A stretch of 64,000 nt of DNA from Tubiluchus corallicola (Eukaryota; Animalia; Priapulida), in the NCBI GenBank assembly GCA_030141605.1, contig JAQGDQ010000405.1, positions 146,528 to 210,527 on the forward strand, read 5' to 3'. Under the pieces are notes generated by a model. It saw only the letters and a program-made list of their open reading frames with translations. It did not search any database and had not been told where the DNA came from. Positions 57,444 through 64,000 of the stretch are shown here, one piece after another. The translations under genes and the position numbers were made by a program. The stretch's first letter is position 1. Each line of letters starts with the position of its first letter.

Positions 57444-60400
57444 TTAGTCCTCGAAACGATTCATGGATTCATTATAAACTTTTAGACCAAAAAAGTCTTT
57501 AAATGTGTACAGCAAAGTTAACAATACTTCGTTCATGTCTGGCCTCCTCTCTGCATCCAACCGACACTTCTCTTTTAGCAATTTCAGTCTCTTTTGTATC
57601 AAAGCTGTGCACGTCAGATTCCCAAGGAAATGATTCAGAACTGAAGGAACTTTCCAAATATCTCGCTGTTTCTGATGTCGAGATACACAATCAATACAAT
57701 CGATATCTTTTTTATCTCTGCAATGCAAATTCTTGCTTTTGTTGAACTCTGGGGCCAAAAATCTTTTACATTTCTGTAATGATCTGTGAAGCCATCTAGG
57801 ATATGAATCCAGTCCGAGCTTGTACAAGTCGTCAAGGTCCGCCAAGATGATTCTAAGATCATTTGTGATCAAATATTGTGAAGCCAACTTCTGCCTCGTC
57901 TGTGTGTCAGCTATAAAATAACCAAAGCTGTACAGGTACATCTGCGTCATAACATAGTCAATACACATGCGCAGACGTATCTTTGCTTCTTCTTCTTCTT
58001 CTAGTTTGAGTTTATTAAACACAGATTTGACTTTCCTAGAGTCTTGAGAATGGAAAGTAGGGCAAGACTAGATTTCTCGTTTCGTTGCAGAAACCTGCTG
58101 GCTGTATAAGACGTGTGTTTGGTGGGAATAGTTTGTAGCTGCGCAAGCTGCGAGCCCAGTTGTACACACGTTTTTTTCTTTATGGCTGTAACCAGAATAG
58201 TATAGTTGTTCCACTTGGCTTTGTAAAACTGCAATAAAACAAGTGGAAATAAATTTGCAGTATTTGATGCAAGAGCAGAAAATTTTCAACCTTTATATAT
58301 ATATATATATATAATACATATAATATATATATATATACAAACACTTGAAAAATGTCACGAGCCTGTAAGTAAACTTGTATTTTTAATACTGCTTTAATAC
58401 GAGTCTTTCGCTGCTCATTTCAGTTGCCATAAAATGTAAAAATAATTATGTCGAATTTTAACTGCTATTGAGAAAATAAAATTGAATTGAATTGAATTGC
58501 TAGCTTTTTTAGTCTAGTCTATAGACTGGAGTCTTTCATTTACTTACGTTCTTAATACGGCCTAGTGAAGTCTTAAATTTTGTTTTCGTTTTCATTATTT
58601 GGTGAATTTCCTCGCATCTCAGTAACTTGTGGCACTTTGTCATGTTAGCCAATGAAAAATATCCCGGATGGCACAACAAAAAACATTCAGTTCCGTTAGT
58701 CACATAACTCCATGAACAATGAACCTTGCCTAAAAATATAAAAATAATATCTTCAGATTTAAGCCTACTACCTGTTTTAATTTTCAAAGCAACAAAGCAT
58801 GATGCATTGTTATGTTAATCTTTTGCTGTTTCACACAACAACAAAAATGATTTGTTGTTAACAGTCTAGATAAAGCCTCTATTAATGTTTTATTACTGCA
58901 GTTGAATCAACCAGACTAGGCATTCAAGGAAGTCTGCTACAGTTTATATCATCTTATCTAATTGAATGATCTCAGTATGTAAGCATTATGGGTAAGACAT
59001 CTAAAACATTCTTCTTGGCTCACAGTGTGCCACAAGGATCTGTGTTAAGACTTTCCCTTTTTGCAATATTCTATGATCTGTGTCATCTTATTTATCTGAA
59101 TGATCTCGGTGTGTAAGCATTGAGGGTAAGACTTCTAAACTGTTCTCCTTAGATCACGAGGTGCTTGACTATATGATTGTTTTACTAGAATACTGGTACC
59201 TATTCATTATAGAGCACATTTCAAATTGTCAACAATAGTAAATATTACCTCACCGTTTTCCAGTCTCAGTTTTTTTGCTAAACGTTTTACAAAAATTATT
59301 TGCCATTGCATACAATTATGCTAATGTATTGATTTCATTTTCAAATACGTAGCTCTGTCCTACCTGCTCTGTCCGATACCAGTGAACGTGGTGGTTTAAT
59401 GTATGAGGTTTCGGTAACTGAATTCTGGCATGTTGCATTGGAACAGTCCAACTTCGCTGTCCTGAAAGTGGTTGCATTCGTAAGGCTGTGCTGACGCTCT
59501 AAGGAATCTGAAATAAAACAGATCGTTGAAAACCAAAGGACAAATACAAGTTAAAATCACTTTTAAATGAATTCAGTGACTAATAAATTATGCTAAAATT
59601 TTGGCAATATTTGCTTCTCTTGAATTCGGCAGCCTTGTGTCTACTTTAGGGCTAATCAGTTGACTAATTTGATCTGGGTCAGTGGTCTTCTGAATTTTGT
59701 GAAGTTATGATGTGTTATAATGAGTTTATAAGATATTGTACTTATGAGTCTACAATTGCTCATGATCTGAGGTTAATAATGTATATATATCATTTAATTT
59801 CCTAAAAATTAGTTATTTAGGTAATCGCTATAATAGTTATTAATTACCATGACGCTGAGGTGCATAACTGCTAAATTACATAAAATTTACCTTTAAAGGT
59901 AAATCGCCTTAAAAAATCATATAACTTTATAGCAGTTTTATGCGTAATTCGTACTAGCGTTGAAAGAATTTTTTGTTTGTTTTCATTTTAAATTTTCCGC
60001 AATACTGTTCTGACAGCGCCATTACATGACGTCATATACGCACAACTTAAATCAGGGAAGAAAAGGAAATGTTAAACTATGTCCCAAAAAAACTTTCCAT
60101 GAAAAGTTATATTACTTAGCATTTCGCTTACCTGTTTGAAAGACTTACGTAACTAGAAAAGAAAATTATTGATTATTTAAAATGTTTTCGCAAGTTGGTA
60201 AAATGTCGTTGACTCACCCCCAGGGTGCACCACTCACTAACCAAAAACGTATTTTTAATCTTATTGACAAGATACAGTAATTTAAAATAGTACTTAGTTA
60301 GTAACGTGTCTGCTAAGAATGCTCTGATTATTTTCTCAAACTTTACTCAGTGTTAATTATACTTGTTTCAAATAACTTATCATCAAAATGGCTGCGTGTA

Positions 60401-60639
60401 ACGGTCATCGCAGGAGTTTAAATTTGGAAGTTTTTAAAAATTCTCAAGCATCTTGAGAACTGGGGTAATATGATCATATTTTGATAATTTTGAAATAGTT
60501 TGGGCTGTCATTATATTATTATTAACGCTTACTTTCACTTACCAAAATGTGATGCTATTATAAACAGTCCGATAACCATCGTGCCCATAAGACCATAAAA
60601 ATTGGCTCTCCATAGAAAGATTAGCAGTCTTTTGTTCAT
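57444..60639 (-). pseudogene. POMK: POMK/SgK196-like protein O-mannose kinase, copy 1; catalytic exon frameshifted
   Basis: Predicted exons 60639-60543 (MNKRLL...LMGTMVIGLFIIASHF, type II TM), 59507-59364, possibly 59277-59254, 58729-58548 (CHPGYFSLANMTKCHKLLRCEEI) and 58228-57444 (RLRMCIDY, SQYLIT, DLD, FLAPE, DIWKVP). Two +1 frameshifts (~58175 and ~58050) and a short deletion relative to copy 2. Confidence 0.8.
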
Positions 60640-61114
60640 CAAGATCTACAAAGGAAGGTATTTATCCAACCAAAAGCAACACAGAAAAGAAATTAACAAA
60701 GACACAATAAACATACAGCAAATTGACGTATTCATGTGATGCCTGCTAATCAGAAATTGGACCTTTTTCCTAACAAATAATTCAAATAGCTAGCCTTCCG
60801 TGACATTCGTGACAAAATTCATTATTTAAGAGACAGTGATTTTGATCTAGTAAAGTATAAAGTTTCACTGGTGTATTCATAATGTGATTTACATGAATTC
60901 TGCGTGGACTTTTAAGGGCGCCCGTAAAAAACAGCTCCAATTTAAAAACCTAAAGGTGACTAATAGTTCAAATTCATTACTAATGAGCACTAATCTTTAT
61001 CCAGTAAAGAGAAAAAAAATTACGTCCTCCTGTAAGAAGGATCAAAGCTCCACTGATGCGCTCGTAATGTGATTTTAATTGATTTAGGGATGCCCTCTAG
61101 AAATATGACATTAT

Positions 61115-61126
61115 ATACAATAGTAA

Positions 61127-61198
<72 letters not shown>

Positions 61199-61395
61199 CA
61201 TTATATAAAATAGTAAATACATACACACACACACATATATATATATGACATTATATACAATAGTAAATACATATATATATATATATGACTACATATATGA
61301 CGTTATATAAAAATAGTAAATACATACACACACACATATAAATTTATATACACTAGTAAATACATAGATACACACACACACACGAACACACGCAT

Positions 61396-61428
<33 letters not shown>

Positions 61429-61590
61429 ACATTATATACAATAGTCAATACATACATATACACATGTATGTATATATATATATATATATACATACATATA
61501 TATATATATATATCATATATATATAATGTATATATGACATTATATACAATAGTAAATACAATAGTAAATATATATATATATGTATGTATG
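61115..61590. repeat. Compound (TA)n/(CA)n microsatellite with a repeated atgacattatatacaatagtaaatac unit
   Basis: Read directly from the sequence. Confidence 0.95.
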
Positions 61591-62322
61591 TACTACAAAT
61601 AACCTAATGTATATAAATTAATGTAAGCATTGTAATTTTACTAAGATTTTTAAATATACCGTAATTGCCACATATAAACACCGATCTATATATGTATACA
61701 AAAACTTATAAAACTGTGTTTATATGTTTTGGAAAAGTTTATTTAAAATGCAAACAAGTCAACGTACAAAAACACGAATAGATAATTTTAGCATTGTAAA
61801 ACGAATGGAATGTAATATGTATCTTACCTTTAACTGTACAAACGTAATAAATTATTGCATTTTAATTAAAAACTTTTTGCAAGCAGCTTAGCAGATGTTA
61901 AGAATCTTCGCTTTGCGGCTGTAGTCATAGACAATACGCACTGCAGTAACATGGAAAACGTAACTTACCTTTCGGTGTGTAAATCCAGCTGCTTTATACA
62001 TCCATTCAGTTTCATATCAGAGTTGAATTTACTAGGTACGTATTTTGAGGTTGCATTAGTTACAGGAACTTCTTGGCCTGTGGTCACAAAGCTTGCATAG
62101 TGATAAAAATCTTTTAAGATTCACTAGTTCGGATAAAAGCATTAAGTTGTAGCTGCGATAAGACGACAGACAGAATTCATGTTGATGACCTTGCTTTAGG
62201 GTGTTTCTTTCTGAACACCTCATAAAATTGCGTAATCAATCAAACTTTGATCTTTGATTATCAAAGAGTTACCAAAACGTGATCACGTGTTGTTGAAAAC
62301 CGATGATTTAATAATAAAAAGA

Positions 62323-62535
62323 CTAGCAAAGGCCCCGCAAAAGATTTTGCGCATAAATACACTTATAATAAAAAATACGCGAACATCCTACATAATCCTC
62401 ATTTATAACGCAAAGTCAGTAGTTTTTACTGAATTAAAGTTATAAGGTTATAGGCAGAGTATAAAGGATGACGTCAGAACAATGGCTTTGCGTCAGCAGT
62501 TTTCCAAGCGAAAATCGTGCGAAATGGAACCTCCA
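62323..62535 (-). mobile_element. Helitron 3' end fragment fused to the 84-bp minisatellite
   Basis: On - strand, hairpin GCAAAATCTTTTGC + GGGGCCTTTG-CTAG|T; homologous to 35602-35815. Confidence 0.85.
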
Positions 62536-62820
62536 ATCTTGAAATTTGATCTTTGTTGTTGGCTTGGCTTGCCCAGTTTGGAGCATAATACTGTCAGAAG
62601 ATACTAGGTGAGTCTTGAAATCTTGAAATTTGATCTTTGTTGCCAACTTGGCATGCCCAGTTTCAAGCATAATACTGTGAGAAGATACTTGGTGAGTCTT
62701 GAAATCTTGAAATTTGATCTTTGTTGTTGGCTTGGCATGCCCAGTTTGAAGCATAATATTGTGAGGAGTTACTAGCCGAGTCTTGAAATCTTGAAATTTG
62801 ATCTTGTTGTTGGCTTGACC
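62536..62820. repeat. 84-bp minisatellite, ~3.5 units (same family as 56165-57322)
   Basis: gatactaggtgagtcttgaaatcttgaaatttgatc units. Confidence 0.92.
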
Positions 62821-63081
62821 GTCCTGAGAGATAGGACTTATTTGAGTTTTCTTAGGTAAATCCATGATGTACCACATAAAGGCGTCATTTGCCATCCTCT
62901 TTTATGGTAAGTTTTGTGTAGTTGTAGCGCACATTAGATTGTTTCACAACAAGCTGCAAAAAGTTTATCTATGTAAGGAACGAATTATTGAATCACTAAA
63001 ATGTAGCAGCTTGGCATTAATTAGTAGTAATAATAATTAAAAACTAATTATTAATTAATTAATTAATTAACGAATAATTAA

Positions 63082-63891
63082 TTAGTCCCCAAAACGATTC
63101 ATGGATTCATTATAAGCTTTTACACCAAAAAAATCTTTAAATGTGTACAGCAAAGTTGACAACACTTCTTTCATGTTTGGCGTCCTCTCTGCATCCAGCT
63201 GACACTTCTCTTTTAGCAATTTCAGTCTCTCTTGTATCAAACCTGTGCACTTCAGATTCCCAAGGAAATGATTCAGAACTGAAGGAACTTTCCAAATATC
63301 TTGCTGTATCTGGTGTCGAGATATGGAATCAATGCACTTGATATCATCTTTACGGCCACAGTACAAGTCCTTGTATTTGTCGAACTCTGGGGCCAAAAAT
63401 TTTTCATTTGTCTGTAATGATTTATGAACCCATCCCGGCCATGGATCCAATACTAGCTTGTAGGTGTGGTCGAGGTCAGCCAAAATGATTCTAAGGTCAT
63501 CAGTGATCAAGTACTGTGAAGCCAGTTTTTTCATCGTGTTTGTATCAGGTGTAAAATAACCAAAGCTGTACAGGTACATCTGTGTCATAAAGTAGTCAAT
63601 GCACATGCGCAGACGTATCTTTGCTTCTTCTTTTTCTTCTAGTCCCAGTTTATTGAACACAACTTCGACGTTCCTAGTGTCTAGGAATGGAAAGTATGGC
63701 AAGACTAGATTTCTCGTTTTGTTGCAGAAACCTACTAGCTGTACGAGACGTGTGTTTGGTGGGAATAGTTTGTAATTATGCAAAATATCATCCCAGAAGT
63801 GGTTAACTTTACTCTTTTGAGCCCAGGAGATACTTTTATTCCTCATGGTTGCAACCACAATAGTATAGTTGTTCCACTTGACTTTGTAAAA
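63082..63891 (-). CDS. POMK: POMK/SgK196-like kinase, copy 2: intact terminal catalytic exon (upstream exons beyond the window)
   Basis: ttattgcag acceptor before 63891. RLVQLVGFC, RLRMCIDY, DTNTMKKLASQYLITDDLRIILADLD, FLAPE and DIWKVP are colinear with POMK motifs (VVTLLGYC, RLELAMDY, DSND..KTLSQYLLT..DLD, FVAPE, DIWKIP). Confidence 0.85.
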   Translation of the reverse strand, partial: FYKVKWNNYTIVVATMRNKSISWAQKSKVNHFWDDILHNYKLFPPNTRLVQLVGFCNKTRNLVLPYFPFLDTRNVEVVFNKLGLEEKEEAKIRLRMCIDYFMTQMYLYSFGYFTPDTNTMKKLASQYLITDDLRIILADLDHTYKLVLDPWPGWVHKSLQTNEKFLAPEFDKYKDLYCGRKDDIKCIDSISRHQIQQDIWKVPSVLNHFLGNLKCTGLIQERLKLLKEKCQLDAERTPNMKEVLSTLLYTFKDFFGVKAYNESMNRFGD

Positions 63892-64000
63892 CTGCAATAA
63901 AAAAGTGGAAATAAATTTCCGTGTTTGACGCAAAGTAAGAAACGCTTTTCAACCTAAAAATGTACCAACAAATCAATTTGAATGGAATCTTTCTTAGTGC

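Noticed and set aside
60132-60152. 21-bp candidate micro-exon of kinase copy 1
   Set aside because: The splice signals look good, but it reads a stop in the required phase 1.
62440-62895. 151-aa ORF MANDAFMWY...
   Set aside because: It is a chimera of flank, minisatellite and Helitron sequence. The paralogous position near 57400 has an early TGA.
50147-63933. Functional link between the POMK-like kinases and the Thr-rich TEP stalk, or between these and the glycogenin element
   Set aside because: Only physical adjacency supports it. Neighbouring animal genes are not generally co-functional, and the TE position is probably incidental.

Overview
This is AT-rich, intron-rich animal genomic DNA, probably from an invertebrate. 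The backbone is the 3' part of a + strand CD109/TEP-like thioester-protein gene (alpha-2-macroglobulin superfamily). It has 17 reconstructable GT-AG exons from 6884 to a stop at 50598, a CGEQ thioester, tandem furin sites, a hydrophobic/GPI-like tail and several Gly/Gln/Lys-rich repeat inserts. Two tandem POMK (SgK196)-like kinase copies follow on the - strand: one is frameshifted and one has an intact catalytic exon. The non-coding DNA is full of transposable elements: degraded LINEs, a SCAN-domain Gypsy LTR element nested in a LINE, and a non-autonomous Helitron family that includes a head-to-tail array. The standout is a BEL/Pao LTR retrotransposon with both termini intact (313-6607, - strand, TG..CA LTRs, CTGAT target-site duplication). 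It carries an intronless glycogenin (GT8) domain with its catalytic motifs intact, fused in frame to the N-terminal side of Gag-protease, while its pol region is broken. All family assignments come from motif recognition by eye, not database searches.
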